Part shown: piece by piece, positions 12,846 to 26,112 of the stretch
Layout: each line of letters starts with the position of its first letter
How positions within the stretch are numbered: the stretch's first letter is position 1
From: Octopus vulgaris
Lineage: Eukaryota
NCBI GenBank assembly: GCA_951406725.2
Contig: OX597816.1
Coordinates: 30,628,001 to 30,692,000, forward strand
Length of the DNA stretch: 64,000 nucleotides
Direction: 5' to 3'
Made by a program: the position numbers and the translations under genes
Notes under the pieces: model-generated
What the model was told of the DNA's origin: nothing
What the model saw: only the letters and a program-made list of their open reading frames with translations
The model's database searches: none

Positions 12846-14344
12846 AATATATTTATGGACCACGTCAGGAGAAAAAGCATACCATAACCGACCTGAGCGG
12901 GATTTGGACACAGAGTGCAGAGTTTCAGATCGAATGCCGCGAAGTATTCTATTCAAAACTGTTACGGATCTGCTTAAACGTCGCTTTACAACAAAAAGAA
13001 AAGAAAAATTAAAACAAATATGACGTCGCTAGAGTCATGGTATGAACCTTAATCCCGATAAATCTTTAATCGAACTGACATCTTACAGTAATGAGAACCT
13101 ACGTAACAACTTCTGCACAGTAACTATATCTGATAGAAATTGCAGCTAATACTCCAGTAAAATGCATAATACTGTCTTTAAAAAGAGATCGACATATTAG
13201 ATAATGTAATGCTAGAGACACTGTGTCCGAATAAAAGAGATTCGATGATAAATGGTGTGAATATCTTTGATGAAAGGAGTAAAAAATCAGATCCTAGCAT
13301 CGACTGAACAGCAACGACAATAGCAGCTAAAAGAAAAAGAACAAAATCAATGACAACAACAACAACAAGAACAGCAGTAACAACAGCAGCAGCAGCAGCA
13401 ACAACAACCACAACTACAACGCCGGTGCAGACAAATATATTCTTGCATCATCGCTTAACCTACTAGGGACCTTATTACTTTAGAAAAAAATGAAAGGCAC
13501 AGTAGATAACGCAACGATAGTGGCGTCATAACTTTGTCGTTACTTTCTTCAATATCAGGCAAAGTATAAATGTCTGATACGTTACACCATAATACCCTAA
13601 TTATAACAGTTTGTATCTTCTTCGGCAAACTAAATGTCGATGATGCTAAAAATACACCAGGTTTTTTTTATCAGACATTGTCATTACTAGAAGCCAAAAG
13701 AAACAGAGGAGATCAGTATTTAAGCCTCTTGTGCGGCCTGAACTGAGGCTAATAAACTGCTGTGTATGCACACGAGTTACTTGCAGCAATATCCCCCACA
13801 AATAACTCTTCATTGTATTAAAAAATAGAGATAATTAGAGTGTACGTTAAATACTATAGTTCGAGGTACATAATTCCTATAAGAAAGTACAATACAAAAA
13901 ATAATGACTTGCTCGCCAGAGCTGTGACACGGTTCATCATTAAGCTGATTAATTTCCGTAGGACTAAGGTAAAACATCATCCACACAATCAACACGATAA
14001 AACAAACTAATGATAAATACATTCTTCACAATGGTTCGGTTCTTCCTAACTACAAGGCAGAACAGTAAGAATCATGTGAGATATAGTTTCATTATCGATT
14101 GCAGATATATATATAGCCATCCACGAACAAAGGTGTTATGATATAATCCGTTGCATGATTACAGCAAATAATCTGGTTTCGATCCAATTAAAGAAAAGCA
14201 TTAACTTATTAATTGTGTAGGAAGCACTTGTCATTCTACTACTGCTAACGATTTACACTTTTTACCGTATTTTCATTGATGTTTAACGAACACCGAATGT
14301 TATAATGACATAAAATAACATAGCATTATATATATATATATAGA

Positions 14345-15208
14345 CGCGAGGTCTGATTAATAAGTATCCCGACCGTTGCCATAGTAACGAAGCTAAAGCA
14401 TGCAGAGTAAAGCCGCTTGGCAAAAATTGACTTTGAATGCTGCTGTGCATGCGCACTAAGATTTAAATTCTACTTCGCATCCGCTGTTTACAACAGTGCT
14501 TGGAATGAATATGTGTAGCGTGTGATTGTCGCATTGATAATGACAGAGAAAGCTGTCACGGTCATACCAGCTCAGAGGCCTACACAATGTTGCAGGAAGT
14601 GTATAGAGAGGAGTGTATGAGTCGCACAGAAGTGTGCGAGTGGTTTAGACGTTTCCAAGATGGCCGAAAAATGCCGATATTGACGAACGTTCTGGGTGAC
14701 TCGTAATTAGCAGAGGCGCGAAAAACATCGCAGATGTGTGTGCAGCTGTGAGGGGAAATCATCGACTCAGAATCCGTGAGTTATTAGAGGATGTGCAGAT
14801 GAGTTACCGTACACTTCAGTCCATTATCACCCAAGATTTAGGTATGAGACGAGCGTTTGCCAAGTTTGGTGCTCGGGTTTCAGTTACACAAGATCTCCTT
14901 GATTGTGTCGAGAACGAGGAAAACTTTTTGAAAACTTTGCATAGGGTACCGCCAGGTATCACCAAGCATTTGGCAAAATTTGATGCAGATTCTCTGCTCA
15001 ACTTTGTCTTGTTCAATGTGACGATCACACGGTACGCACGTTCATTCCAAGCACAGGTGTAAACAGAGGAAGAGAGCAAAAACGTTAAGACTTAGTGCTC
15101 ATGCACAACAGAGCACTAAGTCTTAGCAAGCGCTAATATATGATTTATAAAACGTGACATATTAATAAATATGTGTAAATATAAAACTATCCAGATTTCT
15201 GAGTACCT
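14345..15208 (+). mobile_element. Mariner deletion derivative with an inverted copy of its own 5' end
   Basis: TIR-like CGAGGTCTGATTAATAAGTATCC; HTH peptide GHTSSEAYTMLQEVYREECMSRTEVCEWFRRFQDGR; 14940-15110 is the reverse complement of the 5' region (QDKVEQRICIKFCQMLG on the minus strand). Confidence 0.85.
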
Positions 15209-15217
15209 CATTTCTTG

Positions 15218-15249
<32 letters not shown>

Positions 15250-15253
<4 letters not shown>

Positions 15254-15528
15254 TTTATAATTAAGGGCTAAAGAAGGTTATTCTAAAGCCAATACACTGA
15301 TTTATCCACTTATCCACTTGTCACAGGAAAATTGAACAGGAAAATTTTCCTGTAATAAGTGGATTATAAGTGGATAAATCAGTGTATTGGATTTAGAATA
15401 ACCTTCTTTAGCTCTTAATTATAAGATGTTTATACTTCAACCGTAAAGGTTTTTTTAATATACTGCCACGCTTTTTGATGGAATCCTTTTCTGTAGAGAA
15501 AGGGACTTCATCCTATATTGTTAGTAGT
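15250..15528. repeat. ~180-bp palindrome inserted in (TA)n (probable PLE inverted end)
   Basis: Arms 15250-15332 and 15345-15429 are near-perfect reverse complements. Confidence 0.85.
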
Positions 15529-15569
15529 ATATATATATATATACATACACGCACATACATATATAATTA

Positions 15570-15667
15570 ATCTAGAAAAACGAAGGAAAACAACGAAAAA
15601 CAACAACGTAAAGTCGTGGTGCATGTAAAGTCTTAACAGACGCTCTGGGAAAGAAAGAAAGAAAGAG

Positions 15668-15710
<43 letters not shown>

Positions 15711-16150
15711 AAAAAAGAAAGATAGATAGATAGTTTTACGTTTGGAGGAAAGCTCTTCTTCAGAAACAGGAAACAGAGGTAAGTCCAAGAGAGAAGGAAG
15801 GGAAGACGGAGGAAAAATCGCCGACGATCCACAGAAGGGAATGGGTGAAGAAAAAGTTCTTTCTAAGACAGGCGAGTGTAAAAGAAGGAGGTATCTGTGT
15901 TCATATGTGGATATGTGCGTGGGTAGAAGTGTATGTGTGTGTGTGTGTAATAGCGTGTATGTATGTGTGTGTGGTGTTGACTGTTTATGTGTGTATGTGT
16001 AGTTGAACATTGTATCTGTTAATGTTGTAGGAAGAATTCAGCAGCATGGTAACAGGGGTGGAGGTCTTTTGTGTAGTCGTGTGTTTCTTCACAAGTGCGT
16101 AGAGGAATGGTCAGTAGAAAAGTGATTGATTGGTAGTTTGAAGCATGTGT
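15570..16150 (-). mobile_element. PLE 3'/pLTR fragment with a degenerate minimal hammerhead (15733-15767)
   Basis: Minus strand gttt-CTGAAGA-a-gagc-ttt-cctc-CAAA-cg-TA-aaac (G12 mutated); layout homologous to 38530-38760. Confidence 0.6.
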
Positions 16151-16332
16151 ATATGTGATATGTATATGTGTACGTGCATGTGTATCCTGCGTGAGTGTGG
16201 TGTGTGTGCGTGCGTCTGTGTTTGGGTGTGTCTCCATGTGTGCGCGTGCGTGGGCATGTGTGCGTGTGTATGTGTGTATGTGAGTGCGTGTATGTGTGTG
16301 TTTATGTGAGTGCATGCATGTGTGTGTATATG

Positions 16333-16548
16333 TATTTCACTACTGCCCACAAGGGGCTAAACACAGAGGGGACAAACGGATTATGTCGATTACATCAACC
16401 CAGGGCGTAACTGGTACTTAATTTATTGACCCCGAAAGGATGAAAGGCAAAGTCGACCTCGGCGGAATTTGAACTCAGAACGTAACGGCAGACGAAATAC
16501 GGCTACGCATTTCGCCCGGCGTGCTAACGAGTCTGCCAGCTCACCGCC
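16333..16548 (-). mobile_element. SINE family C monomer
   Basis: Reverse complement of the family C sequence. Confidence 0.92.
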
Positions 16549-16819
16549 GTGTATGCATATATGTGTGTGTATATGTATATGTGTGTGTGTGTGCTTGTGT
16601 GTGTATATATACATATATGTATGTGTGCGTGCGATCGAGTGAAGGAACAAATTAAAGGATGTACTACTCAACACATTTGGCTGCCGTTACTTTTATTTCA
16701 CAGTAGTTTGATTCACCACCTCTTGTAAGATTAGTGAGTGTCAAATGTGTGAACCGTATAAGATGTCTCCGAAAATCTACTGATGTAGACGAATCATATG
16801 CTCATTATACATGCGTACT

Positions 16820-16824
16820 GTCTG

Positions 16825-16896
<72 letters not shown>

Positions 16897-16925
16897 GCTA
16901 GCTAGCTAGCTAGCTATCTAGCTAT
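16820..16925. repeat. (TCTA)n/(GCTA)n microsatellite
   Basis: Direct observation. Confidence 0.95.
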
Positions 16926-17051
16926 CTGTCTGTTTCTCTCTGCCTCTGTCTGTCTATCAATGTAATACATGCATGCATATATATATAAATTTTATATGCA
17001 TATATAAATACACACACACACACACACACACACATACATATATATATATAA

Positions 17052-17263
17052 GGCGGCGAGCTGGCAGAAACGTTAGCACGCTGGGCGAAATGCGTAGCTG
17101 TATTTCGTCTGCCGTTACGTTCTGAGTTCAAATTCCGCCGAGGTCGACTTTGCCTTTCATCCTTTCGGGGTCGATAAATTAAGTACCAGTTACGCACTGG
17201 GGTCGACGTAATCCATTTGTCTGTCCTTATTTGTCCCCTCTGTGTGTAGCCCCTTGTGGGTAG

Positions 17264-17268
<5 letters not shown>
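17052..17268 (+). mobile_element. SINE family C monomer
   Basis: Family C head and body, inserted in (TA)n. Confidence 0.92.
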
Positions 17269-17299
<31 letters not shown>

Positions 17300-17301
<2 letters not shown>

Positions 17302-17807
17302 CGGGAAACTTTACGAAAATAAACAAAAGACGAAGGCAGGTGGAGTACAAACAAACAAATGTATTAGTATGGCGCTCAGGAATAGAAATAGAAAAAGTCT
17401 TTTACGTTTCGAGCCTACGCTCTTCGACAGAAAGATACACAGAAAAAAAAAGGAGAGAAACAAGGAGAGAAAAAAAAATGTGTGTAGGAACTAACTATCT
17501 ATCATGGCGTCCTGACTACGGACTGTGGTCAGACGCGAGAAGGACAGTAGGGAAGATAACAGGGTCAAGTGGCTTCCAAAATGATGGTGCCCCCAACACA
17601 AATGTGCGTGTGTGTATAAGTGAGTATGTATGTCCGTGTGAAAGAGGGCTGGACGTGTGTGTGTATGTATGTGTAGGTGTAAAGATGTGGGGATGGGTGT
17701 GCGGGCGGTGTGCTGTGGGTGGTGTATTCTGATGTAATGTGTAATGTTGTATGGTGTATAGTGTAGTCCTCGCGTTGTGTTTTTTTTGTGCTTTCTTGTT
17801 TGAATTA

Positions 17808-17811
<4 letters not shown>
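17300..17811 (-). mobile_element. PLE pLTR-type fragment with minimal hammerhead variant (about 17397-17435)
   Basis: Minus strand tcttt-CTGTCGA-a-gagc-gtag-gctc-GAAA-cg-TA-aaaga; 17765-17811 matches the end of the 38530-38760 module; flanked by (TA)n. Confidence 0.65.
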
Positions 17812-17850
<39 letters not shown>

Positions 17851-17854
<4 letters not shown>

Positions 17855-17889
17855 ATAAGGCGTTTGATTTCGAATCAGAAGATTGCGAG
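17851..17889 (+). pseudogene. tRNA-Arg(TCG) fragment (D-loop to start of T-arm)
   Basis: ATGGATAAGGCGTTTGATTTCGAATCAGAAGATTGCGAG closely resembles the metazoan tRNA-Arg(UCG) core; acceptor stem absent. Confidence 0.75.
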
Positions 17890-17937
17890 CAATTTCTTAA
17901 GGCGCAGGCGTGGCTGTGTGGTAAGAATCTCGCTTCC

Positions 17938-18790
17938 GATTTCTGGTCGTCCAGTTGCATTGTTGGATTTGTTTGGTTTAATACACACGTAGTTTTCGGC
18001 TGTCCTGTCGGAGTGACGTTTTTCCTCTTCTATAATGGAGGGACATCGAGCGAGAAGCTGGGAGAAGTTGAAGTATTCTTCCCTAGAATATTATTCGTCT
18101 GAGGAGGAATTAGTTGAATACTTGGACAAGATGGACAAGGAAATGGAGAAGGGGAATTCTGCAGCGGTTGCTAGAGTAAAAATTGAAGAAATCAATCTGG
18201 AAGAATTGAGTGAGTTCAAGGAAATGCTTGAAATGGAGGGGAATGATGTGAAAGTGTTCCCCACCAAAATAGTATTAAAGGACAAGGAAGAAAGAACAAT
18301 TGTATACAGAACTTACACCACAGCAAAAGCACAGGTGGAAAAATAACTGAGGTCAATCTGTCAGGAGATAGCATACCTTGCCAGCAGTTGAAAATATGGA
18401 ATGGTGGAGGTGCAGTTTAAGGAGATAGCAACTGCCAGACTGTACTCACCCTATAGCTGAAGACAGACGTGGTGGTACTTCTACCCACGTACCTCGGGAG
18501 ACGTACTTCCAGGGTTCGGGGGGAAGACATACCATCAGAAGTGAATGTAGCCTTGCTGGTGGCTGCCATACTGCTGGACATGGAAGTGAAGGTGTTGGTT
18601 CTGCTGGCCACAAGAAGGCCCCACAGGCATTGGAAAGGAAACACCCTTGAAATGGTGGTACAAATCGCGGAGAAGGAGTTGGTAAAAATGGTTGGAAGTA
18701 TCACAGTGGGAGAGTCCACTTTAAAGGTCAGAGAAGAAGGGACGATTCCGTGATGTTATAAATGTAGCCTGTAACGCTACATTTATACAC
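17938..18790 (+). mobile_element. Non-LTR retrotransposon 5' part (ORF1/gag-like, possibly Tx1/L1), decayed
   Basis: Purine-rich broken ORFs 18035-18346 and 18469-18753, followed by P*CYKCSL*RYI, a degenerate CX2CX4H zinc knuckle. Confidence 0.6.
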
Positions 18791-18898
18791 TAAGAATAAG
18801 GACAAAGTAAAATTACTACCTGCTTTTATAGCAAGTTGATGCAGGTAGTTTATCTCGTCCCACTCAGACTTTTAGTTCATGCAATTGAAAAAATTCAC

Positions 18899-19001
18899 CG
18901 CGTGGCACCTTGGGCAAGTGTCTTTTACTATAACCTCAGGCCAACTAAAGCCTTGTGGGTCGATCTGGTAGACGGAAACCGAAAGAAGCCCATCGTATAT
19001 A

Positions 19002-19061
<60 letters not shown>

Positions 19062-19170
19062 TTTGTGTGTCTGTGTTTGTCTTTCACTATCGGTTGACAC
19101 CGGTGTCGATTTGCCCATGTAAAGGTGGTGCTTCAGTATGGCTGGAGTCAAATGACTGAAACACGTAAAA
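18899..19170 (+). mobile_element. SINE family B, partial
   Basis: GTGGCACCTTGGGCAAGTGTC...GTCAAATGACTGAAAC; internally deleted. Confidence 0.85.
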
Positions 19171-19187
19171 GAAAAAAAGAATAAAAG

Positions 19188-19320
<133 letters not shown>

Positions 19321-19631
19321 TTTTTTTAAACCGAGGGTGGGCAATGCGAGCAGCAACTAAAGGAACATTACAAAATCCACAGAAAGATCAAACACATACA
19401 TATACACATATATTCATTTATATCTACAGAAGAGATATAAAGCCCGACGTTTCAAAATTTAGTAATATATAAATATATCATATAAAAATATATAAATATA
19501 CAAGAGAATTAAAGTTGCATATATGACACCTTGAATTTACAGCTCATTTGAGCACTACTATTCCAGTCGGTTATATATCTTGAGCGTTGTTGTCACTAAC
19601 GATCTCAAGATATAACTTTATATTTTGTAAA

Positions 19632-19682
<51 letters not shown>

Positions 19683-20184
19683 CACATACAGACATGCGCA
19701 CACACACACTCACACACACATATATGCATGACATATATCTTTGGATGACTTGTAAAATAGAAACCACCCTCTGTTAAACATCTCAACACCAGATATCAAT
19801 TACAGATTAATAATACTGTGCATTACATTAAAACAAATATGAATCATGAAAGATAACCATATGTTTTACTCTACACGAGCATTTATAAGCATTTATAAGT
19901 CTTTTGTTCAAATGCTGGAATATATAATTAAGAAAGGGATGGGATTCAAACCACAGAGGTTTTCTCAAGATAGAAGTTAAAATGTTCTTATATTTAAAAA
20001 AAGGAATGTAGTAGATTTTGTGAAAATGCGTACAAGTTCAAGGACGAATTCTTACTAGATGCATAGGCATAAATAAAGAGAGAATAGGACCTTTACAATT
20101 GGATACTGAAATTAATGTAAATTGTTTCAAATTTGGTAGAAGGCAAGCATTTTTGGAGGGGAGTTAGTTAATCACATTAACTGC

Positions 20185-20330
20185 AGTGCTCGACTGGTAC
20201 TTATTTTATCGATCCCGAAAAGATGAAAGTTCAAAATCAACTTTGGCGGAATTTCAACTCGGAACGTACCGCAGACGAAATGCTGCTAAACATTTTGTTC
20301 GGAATGCTAACGTTTCTGTTAGCCGCCGGC
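20185..20330 (-). mobile_element. Diverged SINE family C-like copy
   Basis: CTGGTACTTATTTTATCGATCCCGAAAAGATGAAAG...GCTAACGTTTCTG. Confidence 0.75.
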
Positions 20331-20540
20331 TTTTCGAAATTATTAATCAAAAGAATTCCGCTATCTAGAGAAAGAATTGGATCGTGGAAGTGAGGTAGAT
20401 GCACATAAATAAGAAGAGAATTAGTTCTTAGCAGCAGTGTGGGGAAGCCATAGTAAGGAGATACCCACATAAAATTTAAGAGTGGATTCTTATTCAAAGT
20501 AAATGAAAATATGAACAGCAAGACGCACATCCTCACGTAC

Positions 20541-20635
<95 letters not shown>

Positions 20636-20638
<3 letters not shown>

Positions 20639-20800
20639 ACTTAATTGCCCCAAATGCAAGGAGAATTATATTGAGGAAACCAATAATGCCTTTTGCCAAC
20701 GCCCAAGAATTCACAGACAGCACATCCGATAAAGGAATCTCGGAAAATTCCAGTGAGCAAACATTTGGAAATATGTGGAGAAGGAAAATTCCAAAAGATA
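20636..20800 (+). mobile_element. PLE GIY-YIG endonuclease fragment
   Basis: LNCPKCKENYIEETNN..RIHRQHI, then after a frameshift IPVSKHLEICG; starts directly at a (TA)n tract. Confidence 0.8.
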
Positions 20801-21348
20801 ACGGGACTATATTTCACAAAACGTCCTCAAAAAAGTTATCATAACTATATATTTTTGACATTATATACGAATTCTATATGAATCTGATTTTATATATTTT
20901 AAAGATTATCTCAAACCAGTGCTAAAAACGTTTTACCACATTGCTGTTGGACTTTGTAACCCACTCTAAATTCCAAAATTATATAAAAATAGCTGCTTTT
21001 TTCCTTCTGTATTTGGCTCTCTTTCTCCTTTAGAAAATTGGAGGTTGGTGCTTTAAAACATATTCAAAACAAAGCATCCAACCAGAAATAGAATAATTTG
21101 GAAATATAATTGTGATAGCATTGTGTATTGTAATTTTTGAAAATCCATTTTGCAACCAGAAGTACAAATATGCGGACAAAAATCAAGATTAGTGGCTAAA
21201 ATGGCCAAAACTTGCAAAGTTTATTTCGCCGCAGAGATGAGTTTTAATTATATTAATTAATTTAAAAAAACCATAATGTGTACTTATGTATGTGCGGTGT
21301 GTGTATGTGTGCATAAATATGAACATGTACATATGTAGATGTCTTTGA

Positions 21349-21419
<71 letters not shown>

Positions 21420-24400
21420 CAATTGCCGTGTGAGTGTATAGTGTGCTCAAAAATCACTCTTTCAAAAAACGGTTAAATCAAAAACATCTAGAATTTCAAA
21501 CAAAAATAGTTGAACACATCCATCCAACCATTCTTTAATGAATATAAAAGAATACAAAAAAAGCAAGACACGGAAATGCAATTATGGTTTTTACTGAAGA
21601 AGTCAAAAACAACATCTGGTTTATCAATTAAAAACCTTGACCTGTTCAAATACAAAATTCTTTTTCTTCCCCACTCAAAATGTATTGAATTCTAAACAAA
21701 CAAGTCTTACCAAACCAATACAAAAGCCACACCTCTTTACCTCCCCTCCTCAAACTATTTTGTCTTTCTTTTCTCTTGCTTGGCAAACCCCACAATATTT
21801 CATATATAAAAAGGCAAAGATATCTAACTTAAAACCACTTTTTGATAAAACCGATAACGGAAGAAACCGCTAAAAGCGTAAATAAAATGTGAAAAAAAAT
21901 GTATATAATTCTCCAACATTCTCACGACCATATTATTTTAAATATACAATGTCAGTACATCAGTTCAAAAACTCTCTCTATATGTATGTATGAATGTATG
22001 CCTGTATTTATGTATGTATGTATGTATGTATGTATGTATGTATTATATATCTCTGTATTTATATACATATGTAATGTACTATTCCGTGATGGTATTCTAT
22101 CTGTGAGAGATGAATATTATTTGATAGACTAGATGTTTTAATGTGCTACTAATAGTTTCCTGTGCTGAGAACATACCAAATAATGAATTATAACATGCAT
22201 ACCATCGACCCTAATATTTATTTCATATATACATATTTAAGCGAATTGACCCCAGTATTTCTTTCTTTAAAAGCCTGGTACTTATTCTGATGTTGTCTTT
22301 AGCCGAATCGCTAAGATATAGCAACGCATATCTTATATGGATGGAAATGAATATCCCAGACTTCATTTGGGTAGTTCATTTCCATGTATCTAATCGGGCA
22401 GGTGAAAATCCTGTTCATTCAATATTTATATTTATCTTCCACTTCTGAGATCTGCGGTCCCGTATTCTCGGATCATCGTCCCTCTTTTTGTAATGTACTT
22501 TTTACAAATATATAGAAGGCATTAAGTGTAGCTTTTATAATGTCTACAGCACTGGTTTCTGCTGCTCTGTATTGGTAATAAGCTTGTTTTAATTTGTAGT
22601 CGATTTCATCGAATTATTTTTTGAAATTAAGATTTTCGCAGTCAATACTTTCTTCATTTATATTGCTTGATATTTTTGTTCTTCCTCGTATTTTATCCTT
22701 GGAAATTATATTTTTGTGAATGTTAGCCTTTTAGTATTATATATTATGCTATAAAGATAAATTTCTAAAATTATCATTGAGAGGATTTCGGATCAGTTTA
22801 TTGTATCATTGAGAAAAAATAGTGCTACATCGAGTTCGAGTACCCCTAAAAATATGTACAGCTGCAGTTTTTACTGTATTAGTTTTATCACAGCAAACTT
22901 CACAGTATTGCTGCTTTTGGTTTGGTAGAGTATTATTTGTTTCATGAACGTATATTAGGAAGATCAACCATTTAGCATTGAGGAAATAAAAATAACTCAA
23001 GAAAACTGCGTTGGTCCAGTTTAGTTAATGGCATTTCATCTTACTTTATCTTCAAAATAACCAGTTTGGCTTGGTACATCCACTGGACTATGTGTTGTTC
23101 ATATACTCTAATATAATTGCCTTGTTTGTATTATTAGTGTGTCTCAAAGTGTCATAAATCAAGAGAGCATGGCAGTATGAAAAAAAAAGTGAGGTCTTCA
23201 CAGATGGACGTGACAAATCTATCACTACTTGTCTCTTTTCGCCTAGTACGAAGTACTTTACTATGTGTATTTCTGTACCGACTATGTTCGTAGAAACGTG
23301 TATGAAAGTAACATGCATATTCTTTTATAGCATATGGAAAATGTCTTACGAAGTCAATTTTATTTCTGTGATTGAGCTGTAACAGACTTCAACTTTTCAG
23401 CATTATTCGTAAGTATGCGTGTATCATTTAGATTGGCGTCAGTATAATCTAACTTGGGTTAACTATTTCTAGTTGTTTTGTTTGTCCTTACTCTTCTGAC
23501 TGTATATGCTGCAGTCAAATCACGTACTGTAATAAAATTTGTATCATGGTTAAAAAAAAGGTTACGAGCTCGTACATTTAAGCTTTTCAAAGAATAAAAT
23601 AATGTGCACTCTTCAAATGTCGTTGGTGGTTTTGTTATTTTTTACAGATGATGTGCTACAATTCAGAGGAATCTCCGTGCGTCTTTGGTTTTATGGGGAA
23701 AAGCTACCCCGTTATCATATCTGTGTGAATGTTTGGGATAAGAAAATCAACTGATTATCCCGTTTACTCATTGCTAGCAGCAATATCTTAGAATGTACGC
23801 GAACTTTGAGCTCTTTGGTTTAATTTTCTGGTGTCTTTGTTTTTAATATATATTTGAGGTCATACCTTTCTTTCTAGTAATGTAGCCTGCACCTAATGGT
23901 CTTTTTATTTACACTCCTTTCAAAATTTCTATTTCATCGCTTTTTGCCATTGGTGGTGATACATATAATGAACTTAATCTGTGTGGTTCGTGTATCATTA
24001 TAAAAACAAACTACAAACAACTAAACTTGCAAATAAGATGCTAATTACCAATGGGTAATTTATAAAGTCGATAAGTAAATAAAGGCTGTGAAGTTCACAA
24101 CTTCATTTGTTATATGACCACAAATATGAATAATAGTCGATATCGGTTCAATATACATTTAGTACAAGTCATAGATGTGACGCACTGCACTACGCAATAC
24201 AAAACAGCACTAGGAAAATGTTAGTGGACGGCATATTTGTACTTTAGAAATAATAACAAAAGCAATAGTTGTAACACAGCAAATTACTACAATACATATA
24301 CCAATAACATATATCAGCCACAAACAGAATTACACTTCTGATTAATAATGTAAATTTCTGTCAAAATTCCAATTCTAGCGATCGTATCTGCACCAATTAT

Positions 24401-24489
24401 ACACATACAGAAAAAACATACGCACCAACATTCGATAATATGTATGTATATCGCATGTACATGTAAATATATGTGTATGCAATTACATA

Positions 24490-24491
24490 TG

Positions 24492-24581
<90 letters not shown>

Positions 24582-24855
24582 CATACAAACACACACATGT
24601 ATATATATACACACACACATATATATATATATACATATATATACATACACACAAACACATACACGCACACACACACACATAAAAAAAATATATATATACG
24701 CACATACATATATGAATAATAAACGAATACATTCACATACATATTATGTACATATACATATATACTTATATGTACATAGAAAGAGACACACACACTCTCA
24801 CACACACACATATATGTATGTATGCATGTATGTATGTATGTATGTATGTATGTGC
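24490..24855. repeat. (TA)n/(CA)n/(GTAT)n compound microsatellite
   Basis: Direct observation. Similar compound tracts at 19190-19318, 25680-26000, 44095-44402, 48385-48680 and 49510-49735. Confidence 0.95.
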
Positions 24856-25700
24856 CGTTATCATATAGAGGTGGACGGATATTTACAGCAATCAGTCCAT
24901 TAGTTCGTTCGTTACCCTTTTGCTTCATTTCCTCTCGTCACGCTGTTACGCTTAACGTTAGCTTCCCACTCACAATTAATACTTCACATCTATCGCTTCT
25001 CTCACGTTCTCTCTCTCTCTGTGTCTTTCGCTTTCTCTCTCACCCCCTTCGTGCTGTATCTTAAATGTTCTCATCTTCTCTCTATCTGTCTGTTCTACTT
25101 CCTTTTCCCCCTTTCTGCTTTTACGTATTCATTCTCTCTCATTCATTCCCCTGTTTATGTTCGCTTATTTCTCGCTTTTATTAACGACAATCCTTATCTT
25201 ATTGATGTATGCTTGCGGAAACTGAATGTTTTCCTGGCAATTCTTTAGCATTTAGATCATTATCAAGTCTTATAGGCATTTTCTGGTTGGGTAACCATCA
25301 ACTCTGTTGACGGCAACAACAAATTGGAACACTCCTTATCTACCTATCACTTTAAAAGCATGACATAAATGACTAAATCATGTCCGTTTATTTTTCTCTG
25401 TTTCCTTTTAGTGTGGCATTGGTGAAAAAAAAAAGAAAAAAGTAAAATACGAAGTGAGCAAAACAATAAGAAAAACCACAAGAAGACTAAACAAAAATAC
25501 GATTCACATAGGATTATGTATTGAAATATCTGTTATAAATGAATAGCTACATTATCAAAGTTGATGTTCACTTTGATAATTGAACGAGTACAAATTTACA
25601 AAGACGCATTCGATATTCCCCTTTATCCTGCATACATTTACACAGCTCCAACATGTGCTTGTATGTAGATACCTGTTGCTATTATATATATATGTATACG

Positions 25701-25741
<41 letters not shown>

Positions 25742-25827
25742 ATATATATATGTATATATATATACATATATATATGTATATTTATATACATATATATATG
25801 TATATTTATACATATATATATATATAT

Positions 25828-25892
<65 letters not shown>

Positions 25893-26112
25893 TATATATA
25901 CATACATGTATATGTATGTATGTGTGTGTATATATTTGTGTGCATATAGATATGGATATGTATATATATATGCATATATATATATATGTATATGTATATC
26001 CATTATATATACTTCTATGTGTGGTGTGATGTGGTTTGATGTAGTGTGATGCAGCGTGTTGTGAAAAATGTGCGTGTGCACGCGCATATGGGTGTGTGTA
26101 CATATACATGTG

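Noticed and set aside
19440-19455. GAAACGTC half of a hammerhead (minus strand)
   Set aside because: No CUGANGA partner found at a suitable distance.
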